Of a stretch of 64,000 bases of DNA, positions 13,151 through 25,897 are shown piece by piece. Positions within the stretch are counted from its first letter, which is position 1. The number at the start of each line of letters is the position of its first letter. The stretch is from Camelus dromedarius (lineage: Eukaryota): NCBI RefSeq assembly GCF_036321535.1, contig NC_087437.1, positions 24,492,001-24,556,000 of the forward strand. Reading direction: 5' to 3'. The translations under genes and the position numbers were made by a program. The notes under the pieces are model-generated. The model did not search any database. It saw only the letters and a list, made by a program, of their open reading frames with translations, and had not been told where the DNA came from.

Positions 13151-14562
13151 CCAAGAGCTCAGAACAAGCATGTAAAAAATATAATTGCATTTGTACCTGA
13201 GTACCCATTATATAAAAGTTTGAATTTTAGAGCTGAAAAAATTATTGGAAATAATATATTTGCTTATTGATAACTTTAGCATATGATTTTCCAAGCATTC
13301 CTTGTGTTACATGCCAGGGATTCATTCATTCAACGAGTATACACTCTTCTCCTGCTCCATGCAGGATGCTATGCCCAGCAGTGGGAACTAGACAGGAAGA
13401 AAAAAAATTTGCACCCTGTCTTCACCAGCCTTACATTTCTGCAAGTGAAGTAGATGATGATGACAGCCATGTGCGAGGGAAAGGAAACTTATGCTGGTGT
13501 CTGATTAGGAGCTAAGACTCTGAGACAGAAAGGATCAGAGTAATTCCAGGCGCTGAAGGTCCCTGAGTGTGGTTGGTGAGCCAGAGGGTGGAAGGTGGGG
13601 CCAGTGATGGAGGGAAGGTCCCCGGGCACACAGGGCTTGGTGGGGCGAGGTGAGGAGCCAGCTGATCCCTACTTTCGTGGAGACTGTAGTCCAGCAAAGG
13701 CACTGAATTCCTGGCAACCACATATTTTGTAAGTGGCACTGGATAAATTCGTTTACAGTGGAGATCAATTTCTCAAAATATTCCATTATAAACATAGTCT
13801 TATTCCATTTGGGGCATAGATTAGCAATCTGTAACACTGCCAAATATTTCCAAAGTACTCTGTTTCCAAGCCAATCTTGTTGATCAAATACACATATGCT
13901 TATCCCTATCTGTAAAGTAAATGTGGTCCCATCGACAGTTCACACAGTGCTTTACTGCTCTCCAGAACTAAATAGTATTTGAGTGCAAACACATCACTGA
14001 TGGAAAAATTACAAAATGTGAAATACAAGTGAAATTACGCTCAACTAATAACTTGCCTTATACTTAATACTATTTCAAAAATAGATTTATTCATATGCAC
14101 TTGGAAAACAGAGTGAAATGAGTACAAATTTACAGAAATTTATAGTCATGAACAGAAGTTGTGGCAAAGCCTGTCAGTATTAAACCAAAACAAGAAGAGT
14201 TAAAATGATGTGTAGGTAATTATATCTGCTTCTTAGTGCTCAGTTATGTTCCTAATTTGGTTTAAGAACTGTTTGTTTCAAAACAAAAAAAATTAAGAGA
14301 AAAAGTGGGTTATTGTTTAGTTTTTGTACTGTCAAAGGATAATGAAATAGTTTTTAAAACTGAAAAGTTGATCACAAACTGAACTGTATTCTAAATTTCT
14401 GAGGTAAGACCAATTTGGAAGTAACTGAATCCACATTTGCAGAAACCATTAAAATTATTTACAAACTACTTTATAGTATTTGTATTCATGGAAGGATATT
14501 CAGACTATTCAAAAATTCAAAATTGGAGTCAACAGAATTTATAACATCTGACTTTAATGTAC

Positions 14563-14767
14563 CATGTTAAATACTTCAATGTAATTACTACATTTCTGAA
14601 GGTTAAAATTAGCAATGTCTGCACATCTGTGAAAAGAACAGTCTTCATCTGCTCTTCTAAAACAAATACCAGGTATTGTACAAACATTTCATCATGTTTT
14701 ATGGTTTGGTTATTCAGATGCAGAGCAAGTGGTTCACTGGCCTTTTTTTTCACTACTGGGAGTTGTA
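14563..14767 (-). pseudogene. Candidate exon (V)QLPVVKKKASEPLALHLNNQTIKHDEMFVQYLVFVLEEQMKTVLFTDVQTL...
   Basis: Strong acceptor ctttttttaacccttcag| and an open frame. F-x2-YL...LF-x-DVQ resembles the start of an RGS domain. Donor uncertain. Confidence 0.4.
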
Positions 14768-15250
14768 CTGAAGGGTTAAAAAAAGTCATTAAATTATCTT
14801 CTCTAAGTCCTACCTTGTATATATATCATGACATACACATCAGAGCAAAAGTCAGTGAACCAGATAATTGACCCAAATGAGGAGATTGTGCCTCTGCTGA
14901 CATTTAAGTTTTGAACCTAATAGTGTCAATATTTAACTGACCTTTTCTGTACTAATTATGGGCACTAATAACTTTAAATATTTTTTAAATGTCGGCATAC
15001 TGCCTAGTGAGGGAAAATAGTAATATAATACAGTCAGCACTGTTTTGAGATGCAGACACTCAGCAATACCGACCACAATCCTCAGTATAAACCCACAAAG
15101 CACCTGGTAGGAAAGACCGATGTTAACACAAGCTACTAATTTGCTAATTATTTACTAGATATGAATCAGTTCATACTAGTCATGATGGCATATGTCTATG
15201 TTTTCAACATATATTTTTGAAAAATCTACACAGAGCAAAAGCTGTCTTTT

Positions 15251-15396
15251 GGGAGGACAGAGCTCAGAGGTAGAGTGTGTGCATAAGATGTACAAGGTCC
15301 TGGGTTCAATCCCCCGTGCCTCTGTTAAACATAAATAAATACATAAATTTAATTACTTCCCCCTTAAAAAAATTTTTTTAATTAAAAAAAAAAAAA
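15251..15396 (+). mobile_element. tRNA-derived SINE (camelid Vic-1-like)
   Basis: A box agctcagaggtagag, B box gggttcaatccc, aattacttccccc motif, A tail. Confidence 0.85.
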
Positions 15397-15459
15397 CCCA
15401 GCTCGGGCTGGACAAGTAGGGCTGGGATATCTGAGATGGTCGGGAGAAGCTAAGATAGT

Positions 15460-15625
15460 AGCTAATAATTTGCTCAGTGCTCACACAGCAGGAACTTTTC
15501 TACATGCTTTTCATGCACTATCTCATTTATCAAGCCTCACAACAACTCTAGTAACATAGGTGCTGACATTGCTGTTATAATGCCCATTTTACAGATGAAG
15601 AAACTGAGGCTGAGAGAATTTAACA
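15460..15625 (-). mobile_element. MIR SINE
   Basis: cctcacaacaactct...cccattttacagatgaagaaactgaggct. Confidence 0.85.
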
Positions 15626-15741
15626 TCCCAAAGCAGAACTCTTCAAGACACTGCTATACTGCCTCTCTGCCTGTAAGCCAGAGATTTTCAGCCATCTATC
15701 ATTTATTTTCTAAAGGCCTACCCTGAAATGTCTTTAGATTG

Positions 15742-15907
15742 ATTTTTTTTCTTTTTTTTAAATTGAAATATAGTTGGTTTATAGTATGTTAATTTCTGGT
15801 ATACAGCATAGTGATTCAGTTATGCATAGATATATATTCTTTTTCATTATAGGATATTGAATATAGTTCCCTGTGCTATACAGTAGGACCTTGTTTATCC
15901 ATTTCAT
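15742..15907 (-). mobile_element. Short L1 3'-end fragment
   Basis: T-tract followed by attgaaatatagttgg...atatagttccctgtgctatacagtagg, an antisense artiodactyl L1 3' UTR. Degenerate TSD tttagattgattttt / tttagactcattttt. Confidence 0.8.
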
Positions 15908-17749
15908 TTTAGACTCATTTTTTAAAGAAGTTTTTGCCAGCTAATGTGCAGGGGTGTCATTCTCCAGGTGCCTGCTACAGTCCTCTTTTCAGTACAGCCA
16001 GTCCCTCCTGGGCAATGCTACGATGTGAATACCAGTCCCCTGGCACACTGTCTTTGCTCTTGGTTCACTTGATGGATATGTTACTAAACCAGAAAGAGTT
16101 TGCACAGAACTTCAGTAGAAAAAGTGGGGTCCTGGAAATTCTTTCTGCTGCCACAACTACTCTGCATTGAAATGAACCATGAGTCAAAATTCAAATCGCC
16201 CACCAACCAGATGAAGAAAAGCAACAAATGTTCTCAGCAGCCCTCTCCACAGCTGCAGAGCAGTCTGTACCCCGTGCCTGTCTCAGGCCCTGAGGGGAGT
16301 CATCCTGCAGTTGGGGGCGGTTGTGGGGACCCCCAGGCCCCTTCCGAGAGGTCACTAACTGCCCACCCGCACACCAAATTCCCCTGGCATATGTGTGGGT
16401 TTTTTTTTCCAAATATTTAAGAACACTTAGAAATCAGAGGATTTCACGGCAAATCTGGATTTACTGTCTTCTCCTGAAAAATATAAAGGTCAAATGTGGG
16501 CAGACTCTCCCATGACAACAACCAGCCATGAGCAGCCACATCCCCTCCACTGGCCTGTATCCCTAGGGCATCACAGCCCGCATCCTTTCTAGTATCTTAC
16601 ATCTCGCCCACTTCCTATGTTACCTCTGGCCGCTCAGTCCAGACAGCTGAGTTGGCGGTCCTCGCTCTAATCCAGGATCTCTTCCAGCTCTGAGATTTCA
16701 TTTAACAGAGAGAAAACTTAGGGATCGCTGAACCGATTCAATGACTTGTTCAGGGTCACCAGACTAGAACTAACGAAGAGCATAGCCAGCACTAGAATGT
16801 AACTCTTCTGAAATTCAGACTTCTGCTTTTTCCACCTCACCTGCTGCCTCTTATTTACACACAAAGTGATGGATAGCAGTACAGTGAAACTGGGACTATT
16901 GTCCTCGTGGCTACAAGGAAAGCTAATTTAGCCTCTGTAAGGGGTAGGAAAATCTGGGTGTTGGGTTAGGGTTTGAATAGTACACAAGTGTTTCCACAAA
17001 TCCTGTTTACAGAAAAGATTTCAAGAGCTGAGAATAAATAGGAAAGAATATAATCGCAGGGTGGTAGTGAAGAGAAGGCCTGTATGTATTTGAGCTACTT
17101 CTGTGACACTGTCAGCTCCCTGGGAATTTCCTGTGTGGCCTGGAGTCACCTGCATGCAGATGTGGCTTCAAAGCTCCCTCCACCCCCCCGGGGGGGATCC
17201 TGGCTTCCCAGGTCCTCTAAGAAGTTCTCAAATGCACATCCTGACTGAAGGCAAAACCACAGTAGGCCTGGAAGTCATCTCAAAGATTAAGAAGAAAACC
17301 TTGTCCAAATTTTTATAATGAACTGTGAGTAAATGAATCCCTCTGGGGGAATCATAGACAACAATTTACAAATGCCTAGGATATGTAAAATAATCTGGTA
17401 ATTCTTTTCCCAGAAATCCTGTCATTCAAACAGGATTTCACACTAATGAGTCATTATTTTTATTCGGAAGCACCCGTCAGAAAGTGCTGGGGAAGAAACC
17501 AAATTTGAACAGTTCCCGAAACAAAACTCTTTTTGTCTAAAAACTAACAGATTTATTCCAGGAATAAAAAATTCCTACCCTTAAGTGCCTGCACATATTA
17601 TTACACCCATATTAATTCAAATGAAGCTGGTGTATACATGTGTTTCTACAGCTTTGTAACAAATAGAACAGTAGATTGGAATTTCTGTAAAGACCAGGTA
17701 GCTGAAAAAAAAAAAAACCTTTCATGGTTATTTATTCAATTAGCATTTT

Positions 17750-18009
17750 TCTAAATGCAGAACAAGAACCTAGCTTTTTATTCCCTAAATGATGAATTAT
17801 TAAATCCGTTTTGATATCTGCAACACGATGCTCTCAAATATTCCAGGGCTTTGTGGAGAGCTGAGCTCCAGCAAGCTGCACACTGTTGCTCTGTCTCTTT
17901 GCTCTGGTTGTGGTGGGAGTGCAATGATGTTATCCTCATATTTTATAAATCATCTGGGTCTTCTCAGAGGAAAGGCACTGGGTCACTATTATTATTATTA
18001 ATTTGTAAC
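17750..18009 (-). pseudogene. Decayed RGS-domain exon YKL...CLSSEKTQMIYK/KYEDNIIALPPQPEQRDRATVCSLLELSSPQSPGIFESIVLQISKR
   Basis: Acceptor aatttag|GT (phase 1). RGS hallmarks YK...K-x2-IY-x-KY and P-x2-F-x6-I are present. Frameshift near 17940 and an (ATA)n run. Donor side approximate. Confidence 0.55.
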
Positions 18010-18304
18010 CTAAATTTTCTCAAAATTAACTGCTTTCTCGACTGTTAATCCTTTGTCCCAAACACGTTCTGTCTTTTAAACCTCGAAAATGTTCTCAACT
18101 GAAAGAAAGTGAGAAATTCTCCCCTCTCCCACATGAAATCTCACTGAAGAAAAATGTGGAGGAAAATGAGTCTTCCAGTCAACATGTGGTCATGTACCTC
18201 AAACATCTGTTTCTCATAAGCTAAAGTTGCAGATTTCACCTCTCCTGATGCCATTAAGTTATTATGTAGGAAAAACCTAGGCTTTTAAATAAAATTAAAT
18301 TAAA

Positions 18305-19870
18305 GCAATGAGCCTAGTGGTTACAGCCACGGACTTTGGTATTAGACCACATGGGTTCAAATCCAAGTGCCTCTCCCACCACCACCATGAAGTTGTCAAC
18401 TTCTGTAAACCTCAGAATTTTAATTTATGAAAAGAAGAGAAAACTGGACAGCAGCATGTAAATCAGTGAAGCTAGAACACTCCCTTACACCATACACAAA
18501 AATAAACTCAAAATGGATCAAAGACTTAAACATAAGACAAGATACAATATACCTCCTAGAAGAAAATACAGGCAAAATATTATCTGACATACATCTCAAA
18601 AATGTTCTCCTAGGACAGTCAACCCAAGCAATAGAAATAAAAGCAAGAATAAACAAATGGGACCTAATTAAACTTACAAGCTTCTGCACAGCAAAGGAAA
18701 CCAGAAGTAAAACAAAAAGACAACCTACAGAATGGGAGAAAATTTTTGCAAATGAAACCGACAAAGGCTTGATCTCCAGAATATATAAGCAGCTCATACG
18801 ACTCAATAAGAAAAAAATAAACAACCCAATCCAAAAATGGGCAGAAGACCTAAACAAGCAATTCCCCAAGAAAGAAATACAAATGATCAATAGGCACATG
18901 AAAAAATGTTCAATATCACTAATTATCAGAGAAATGCAAATCAAAACTACAATGAGGTGTCACCTCACACCAGTCAGAATGGCCATCATTCAAAAATCCA
19001 CAAATGACAAATGCTGGAGAGACTGTGGAGGAAAGGTAACCCTTCTACACTGCTGGTGGGAATGCAGTTTGGTGCAGCCACTGTGGAAAACAGTATGGAG
19101 ATTCCTCAAAAGACTAGGAATAGACTTACCATATGACCCAGGAATCCTGCTCCTGGGCATATATCTAGAAGGAACCCTACTTCAAAAAACACCTGTACCC
19201 CAATGTTCATAGCAGCACTATTTACAATAGCCAAGACATGGAAACAGCCTAAATGTCCATCAACAGATGACTGGATAAAGAAGAGGTAGTATATTTATAC
19301 AATGGAATACAATTCAGCCATAAAAACCAACAACATTACGCCATTTGCAGCAACATGGATGCTCCTGGAGAATGTCATTCTAAGTGAAGTAAGCCAGAAA
19401 GAGAAAGAAAAATACCATATGAGATCGCTCATATGTGGAATCCAAAAAAAAGAAACCATAAATACAAAACAAAAACAGACTCATAGACGTAGAATACAAA
19501 CTTGTGGTTGCCAAGGGGGACGTGGCAGGTGGTGGGAAGGGATAGACTGGGATTTCAAAATGTAGAACAGATAAGCAAGATTGTACTGTGTAGCACAGGG
19601 AAATATATACAAGATCTTGTGGTAGCTCACAGAGAAAAAAATGTGACAATGAATATATACATGTTCATGTATAACTGAAAAATTGTGCTCTTCACTGGAA
19701 TTTGACACAACATTGTAAAATGATTATATATCAATAAAAAATGTTAAAAAAAGAAAGAAAGAAAGAAAGAAAAGAAGAGAATGTTACCTACCATAGAGAG
19801 GTAGGTGCATAAGTAGAGGTGATGACATAAAGCATTTAGCATGTTACACAGCACAGAAAGCCACATAGTT
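18305..19870 (+). mobile_element. MIR SINE split by the L1 (halves about 18305-18441 and 19770-19870)
   Basis: Left half: tagtggttacagccacggactttgg...gggttcaaatcc...cctcag. Right half: tacctaccatagagag...taaagcatttagca. Together they are collinear with the MIR consensus. Confidence 0.8.
18442..19769 (+). mobile_element. 5'-truncated LINE-1 (ORF2 C-terminus, 3' UTR and A/GAAA tail)
   Basis: ORF 18427-19212 is a clear L1 ORF2 C-terminus including the CCHC motif [18 protein letters not shown]. It continues after a frameshift and a stop (19302-19565). AATAAA at 19733-19738. TSD AAAAGAAGAGAA at 18430-18441 and 19770-19781. Confidence 0.97.
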
Positions 19871-20339
19871 GATGAGGTCCTATTGTCTCCACTCAACAGT
19901 CACACTCTACAGAGAGCAGGCGAGGCAGTTAGTGATCAAATTCTCATCCCCTACAGCTCGGGAAGGGAGTGAGCAGAGGTGGGTCACACTCTCATTTGTG
20001 GTGTTACAATTTACTCCTAACAATTTACTTCCTAATAAAACAGATGAAAATATGCAGAGCTGAACACTCCCTTGCCAAAACATGGGGTGGCCAAAGTGAA
20101 AGGATAGGAGGAGAGCAAAGGAGAGGTCATGGACAGGGGAAGGGGAAAAAGCTCAAAGAGGAGGAAGCATGAAGCATCCCTGGAGTTCATTCTGTCTGGC
20201 CACTCTCCCCAGTTAAGTGGAGGCAGAGGTCACGGAAGCCACGTGAGGAAGGAGCGTTCCCGTCAGCAACACTGTGGAGTGAGGGTGAGGGAAGGCTGAA
20301 ACAGAACTGTGTGTACAGACACACACACATACTACCTGG

Positions 20340-20665
20340 TTCCATACAAATGTATGGAGATACATCTATATGGATTTTAAAGAAGACATAGATATGGATA
20401 TCTATATTTATATGACACATATCTGTATGTATTATAATGGTAGGTGATAGATATGGGTATATATCTGGATACCTGTCTATGTAAATAGATATTGATGTAG
20501 ATATATTTCTGGATCATACAGAGATCTAGATATCTATAGATACAGATTTTAAAGAATAGACAAAGATATATTCAGATATATGATAAATACATTAAGATAT
20601 ACATATTCCATATATATCATCCAGATAGTCTTTAAAGTCTAGATCTGTAGATACAAAGAGATAGA
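20340..20665. repeat. Degenerate (ATAGAT/ATAT)n low-complexity tract
   Basis: Recurrent atagata/atatct units. Confidence 0.7.
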
Positions 20666-20668
20666 GGT

Positions 20669-20794
20669 GGGGGGGAGGGTATAACTCAGTGGTAGAGGGT
20701 GTGCTTAGCAAGCAGAGGTCCTGGGTTCAGTTCCCAGTACCTCCTCTAAAAATTAAATAAACCTAATTACCTCATCCCAACCCCCTCAAAAAAA
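20669..20794 (+). mobile_element. tRNA-derived SINE (camelid Vic-1-like)
   Basis: ggggagggtataactcagtggtagag...gtcctgggttcagttcccagtacctc...acctaattacctc, A tail. Confidence 0.88.
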
Positions 20795-21509
20795 GAGACA
20801 TAGAATACTCTTTAAAAATGGCATATGCCCTTTTTTTAAAAAATTTTTGTACTCATGGTAGCCGTACTGTTACTTACACATCTAAAGACTGAAATGCTGC
20901 CACTACGGTAATGAAGAGCCCACCATGCTGATTATTAATAGGCCAATTGTGGTTTCACAAGAACATCCTACAGGAAGCAATGAATTCTCACAGATGAGGC
21001 AAATTTATTCCAGGTATGGAACTGAGTATTAACAAAAGTTTCATTTTTATTGAGCTATAATTTTTTTTTTCCTTTTTAACAGCTGGTCTTTTTTTCAAGG
21101 ATGAACTCTTTACTCAAAAGTAAAAAGATACAAAAATGTATATATACTATACACATCTATATAACTATGTATGACTAGAAACATAATATATACAGAATTA
21201 GTGTCAAACATTCTCTAAAAAGGCTTTTGATTTCAGAGCCTTGTTGTGGCATTTTTTTCAACTTGAATTTCTTTTTACTATATTATGATAAATTACATTT
21301 AAATCATAAGTGTTTAGAGAGTAATACATGTATTCAGAGGTTATAATATCTACCACAGGAATGTGACCCAGTCTAGTTAACATAAACTTTATACTACTTT
21401 AAAAGTGGCTTTATTTTTCATATTACTTTTTATTATCAACTTTTTAAATATATTTTTATTGAAGTACAGTCAGTTTATCATCAATTTTTATTATACTGTT
21501 AATATCAAT

Positions 21510-21735
21510 ATTATTTAAGACATTTATGGATGCTTACCAAACACCAGGCAATGTGTTTAGTTCTTCACATGTGTTATCTTATTTTAATTATTACCCAATC
21601 CCTACAAAATGGGATCTATCGTTATATCCATTTTACAAGAGAGAAAACTGGCACAGAGTAAGCAGCTTGCCCTTTTCACACAGTTGGTAAAAACAGAGCC
21701 TGGTCTGAACAAAGCTGACCAAGAACACAGCCCAG
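21510..21735 (-). mobile_element. MIR SINE
   Basis: catttatggatgcttac...ccattttacaagagagaaaactggcacagag. Confidence 0.75.
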
Positions 21736-22006
21736 GAGCAGCACCCTTCTGACTACAGTCAGTTCACAATGTTTCAGATTAACAAATCTCCTCTGTTTGT
21801 TATTACTTGATAAACGTTTCCTATTGTCTATATTAAAAGATAAAAATAATTTAAAAGAAAAATTAAATTTTAAACTGGCCCCCAAAAGTATCACAATTAT
21901 CTATGTTATGTATTCGCACATAAAGCGTCTGTGTCCCCTCCCACCATTTTGTTCTAGTTTCAGGCAAAAGCAACAAAATGGCTGCCGGATTCACATACTG
22001 TCTTAC

Positions 22007-22063
22007 GACCATTGATGGCTCCCCAAATCATTAAATCAGTGCCAAGCTTGTTTTTCACAGTAC
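22007..22063 (-). pseudogene. RGS-domain exon YCEK/NKLGTDLMIWGAING
   Basis: Acceptor atttatttgaacttctag|, donor GTC|GTAAGA. DLMIW-x-AI corresponds to the RGS N-[IL]-x-FW motif. Frameshift in the A-run. Confidence 0.6.
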
Positions 22064-22292
22064 CTAGAAGTTCAAATAAATGGGGAAATATTTGGTTTCA
22101 TAAATTATGACCACCAAAGACTTCCTAAATTTATATTTCAAAGCACCTCATAGACATATGAGAAGAAATTGTCTACGTTACTCAGCATCATATAGAAAAG
22201 AAAACGCATTGCTCAACTGGAAATGACCAGCAGATAATGTATTGTTCCTTTGTTAGTTGTCAATTTTAAGCATTTTCTGTAAAAACACTTAC

Positions 22293-22360
22293 TGTTTCAA
22301 GGCTTACATATACAAATGAAACATGTTAAGTAACTTTCCTATCTGAACGAGATGTTTTTC
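22293..22360 (-). pseudogene. RGS-domain exon EKHLVQIGKLLNMFHLYM*ALK(Q)
   Basis: Acceptor ctatttcag|, consensus donor ACA|GTAAGT. Phase 0 to 2. TAA at 22306-22304. Confidence 0.55.
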
Positions 22361-23949
22361 CTGAAATAGTTATCCTGGAATAGTCCTAAAAACATTAATA
22401 GTTTCTAAAGTAATGTATTCATCACTAATTGTTATGTTACATTCATAAAATTTAGTTTCTAAAGTGACTCCACACTTAATTTTTATATTAGGTAATTTTA
22501 TTGCAATAGACTATTTCTTCCTTGGAGGTTTTAAAATATCATATGAATTTTGCTATATTTAAGAGGTTAAGCAATTGTAAAAGTCCAAATTCCTACTGAA
22601 CTGTGGGAGATAATTGATTTCATATTAAAGAAATAACATTTCAGGTACACAGATCTCTTTTAAAAGATTAGTCTATTTACCTATATTATTTCCTCACATA
22701 AAACAAAGTAGCTTTGCTTTGTCCAAGAAAATGATTGCTTTCTCTCTCTCTTTCTCATGTATATCTGCATATTAATGTATGAAGAAGAACACACATTTGA
22801 TGGTTTTTATTATGACCAATACATTATTTATCTGTAAAATTTACAGATAACAGGAAACGAGGAAAGTTATAAAGACTAAGGAACACTACCTGATTAATAT
22901 TATTTTTTACAACATAAAGCTTTTGGATGTATGATCATTTTACACACCCACGCAAAATAAAATAAAGTCTTTGGTAAAGGAACAAAGCATTTTAGTGTTG
23001 GTCAAATGCCTCAAAATATATGTACATATTTATGATTCTATAATAATTAACTTCAAACTTTATTATCTGTAATCCTATAAAACCCATCATGTGCCTTTAC
23101 GCCTCTTTATTCTAGGTTCTACCACCTGATCTTCCCCTGACAAATTTCTGTGCTCCCATCTTGGCCCCCTCACTTGCCACCACTTGCTGCAGAGAGTGAG
23201 TCCCTCTCCGCACTCCTGGAGTGCTTGGCTCCCCGTCTCTGATACACTTTCCTTATTTTCCTTGATCTCTACTTATGCACATGTCAGTTTCCCCTTTCCT
23301 TATTAGCAAGGACAGTGTCCTTATTACCTTTTGGGTACCACCATCTTTTGCACTATGCCTGCCACAAACATTTATTGGTTTAACTGACATGGAGTACAGT
23401 TCTATTCTAAAAGATAGCCTTGATTTAGATCAAGGAATTAATTAGGCCCACAAACTGATACTTACGGTGGGGGGCGGGGGGAGGATTTGGAGAAGGTCTC
23501 ATTATGGAAAAACAACTTTTCTAATTTTTAAGATTTAGATAAACATTTCCATCATTAGGCTTTTAAGAACTCTCTAACCAAAAGGAAGCAGAAAAACAAT
23601 GTGTCAAATTCATTCCAGATACCTAGTTTACAGGCAAGCCATTCCTGAAGTTCTCTGAATGGAGAATAGAAGTTATACATTTTCCTGGGCTCCAAAAGCA
23701 GAGAATAAACATGTTTTTTAGAAAGTGTACCATTCTTTATAGTGCACATTATGAAAGCTTCATGAAAGCAAATTGACTAGACATTTTCCAGAAGTATAGA
23801 TCATGCATGTGTAAAACCAAAGGAGAAACTTGACATTTTTTACATATTCTTCTGAATTCTTCACTCTGGTTTTGTAAGCCATCAAAGTCTGCCTACTTGT
23901 TTTTGCATCTCTGTATCTGTGGAGACTAGCCAGTAAATCTTTTTAACCA

Positions 23950-24135
23950 GCATTCATTGAGTAGTTGCTATGTGCTGGGCACTGATCTGACTTAATCCTC
24001 ACAACAACCTTCTGAGGTAAATACTGTTATCTTCCCCATTTTACCAACAGGAAACTGAGACATTAAGAGGTTAATGTCTTAAAAGTCATGTGGTTAGTTC
24101 TGGGGCAGAGAGAGGATTCACACCCAAGTCTGTCT
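23950..24135 (-). mobile_element. MIR SINE
   Basis: ttaatcctcacaacaacctt...cccattttaccaacaggaaactgag. Confidence 0.85.
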
Positions 24136-25718
24136 GGTATCGCATTATGGTGCCTCCCACTGTGGATGCACCATTTCCAGAGAGTATGAAAAATAACCAG
24201 TTGCCTAAATAGAAATATTATTTCCTCTCCAACTTGCATCATTCAACATGTGTGTGTCCATTTCTGTCCATTTCTTCTACAATAGCTTTCAAAGGTGTGG
24301 GCTTATTCTCACAAAATTTGGCAAAAGAAAGACATATTGAGTTCCCTTTGCTACTTAGTTCATTGTCTTCAGGCAAAATATTCAAAAAGAGAGCCTGGAC
24401 AGAGGAAGCTTCTGAAAAGGACAGGGGAACATAACAGTTAGAACCTGAGTCCCTGGAAAGAAGTTGGTTAAAGGCCAACTCTAGGGTAGGAGGGAACTCA
24501 GTTGGGTGTCACCAGGTCAGATCAGCAGCAAGATGGCTGAGTTGTCGTGCAAGCTGCCTGTGTCTGGGTCTGGGGGTCATGCTGCACAAGTTGCAAGGAT
24601 TAACAGTTGTCCAAATTATCAGTTAACTCCAGGAATTGTGAGTTAAGTCTAGGATGAGATCAAATGATCTTTTTTTCAATATAGAGACTCCAAAATCTAT
24701 TTAAGTGGAATTCAGTTTTGACCAATCAAGTGTAAAAAACTATTTTTCTCCACTTACAAAGGAAAGAAACAAAGGCTAGATTCAATATTTACTAATATGA
24801 CAAATTGAGATGCAGTATGTTTCATAAAACTATGTCTTTTATCAATGTTTTCTTTGCTAATTGGAATGTCTTAAAAGACATTTGTTTTATGAATAATTAT
24901 TACTGTTGTAGTAATGTTTCTCAAACCATTTATAAAACTACTAATATCTGAAAGTTTAGTTTTAATTCAGTTGTTCTGATGCTATATAAGTTCATGAACT
25001 AGACATAAAAATATAAATATGAATATGTCTTTTGTGTCAGATTTCTTAATGTTTCTGTTGGTTCATTATTTCTTTAAATGAGAGATCTTGTATGAGTAAG
25101 GAAAATTTATTATCAAATACAAATGAAAATAAATTATTCAGCCAGTATTCCTATAGGCTAGTCACATTAAGCGAAGTATAAAACATTGTCTAAGTGAGCA
25201 AATTCTCTTATCAATATTGCAAAAAAGGAATCATTCTCCGTCTATTTGTCGATTATTGAAACAAATTCAGGGACATATAATAGAGAAAACATTAGAGTAA
25301 AATTCAAGAATATTTTTGACTAGGACTTAGGGCTGTCGATCAAATTCATAGTCCATCTGTGTGTGTTTCTTGCATTTATTGTCTAAGAGACAATAAAGTA
25401 ACAATTACTGCCTTCACTATGTCAAGGCAGATATGAGTAATTTCTGTAGACTTTCCCCATTGTAAATATTACAGGGTTTGCACTGTACCCAAGTGGATAC
25501 CTTCATACTTGAATGGACCAGAGAATATGCACTTTTTCCCAAATGTATTTTTTGTATTAGAGATAATGATACTATGCAAATTAGCAAGGCTTAATGTTCC
25601 TACCAATATTTGATGATTTGAAATCAGCCCTGGTTAACAGATGGCCCCATCATTCTGGAACATAATTGATATCCTCTTTGAAAATCTCAACAGAAAAGCC
25701 AATGGACATATATTCCAC

Positions 25719-25897
25719 CTGGTCCCTTGAGGAACTGTCATTTTCAGATAGGAAACTTTCCCAAGCAGCAGAATTTATTAACAAGTTCCTAAATTTCCTA
25801 TCCACCAATCCAAATTACTCTCACCATTCTGATTTTTTCATACTTTTCATTTTTAAATTTTGTATTTGGATTGCTCCTTGAATATTTTTGAAGATTT
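25719..25897 (-). pseudogene. RGS-domain C-terminal exon IFKNIQGAIQIQNLKMKSMKKSEW*E*FGLVDRKFRNLLINSAAWESFLSENDSSSRDQ
   Basis: Acceptor gtgtcttttag|, donor CAG|GTGGAA. Phase 1 to 0, which joins 22360 in phase. Two stops at 25823-25821 and 25817-25815. F...LL...W-x2-FL pattern. Confidence 0.5.

Noticed and set aside
18420..19708. Minus-strand ORFs of 174, 89 and 75 aa
   Set aside because: Antisense shadows of L1.
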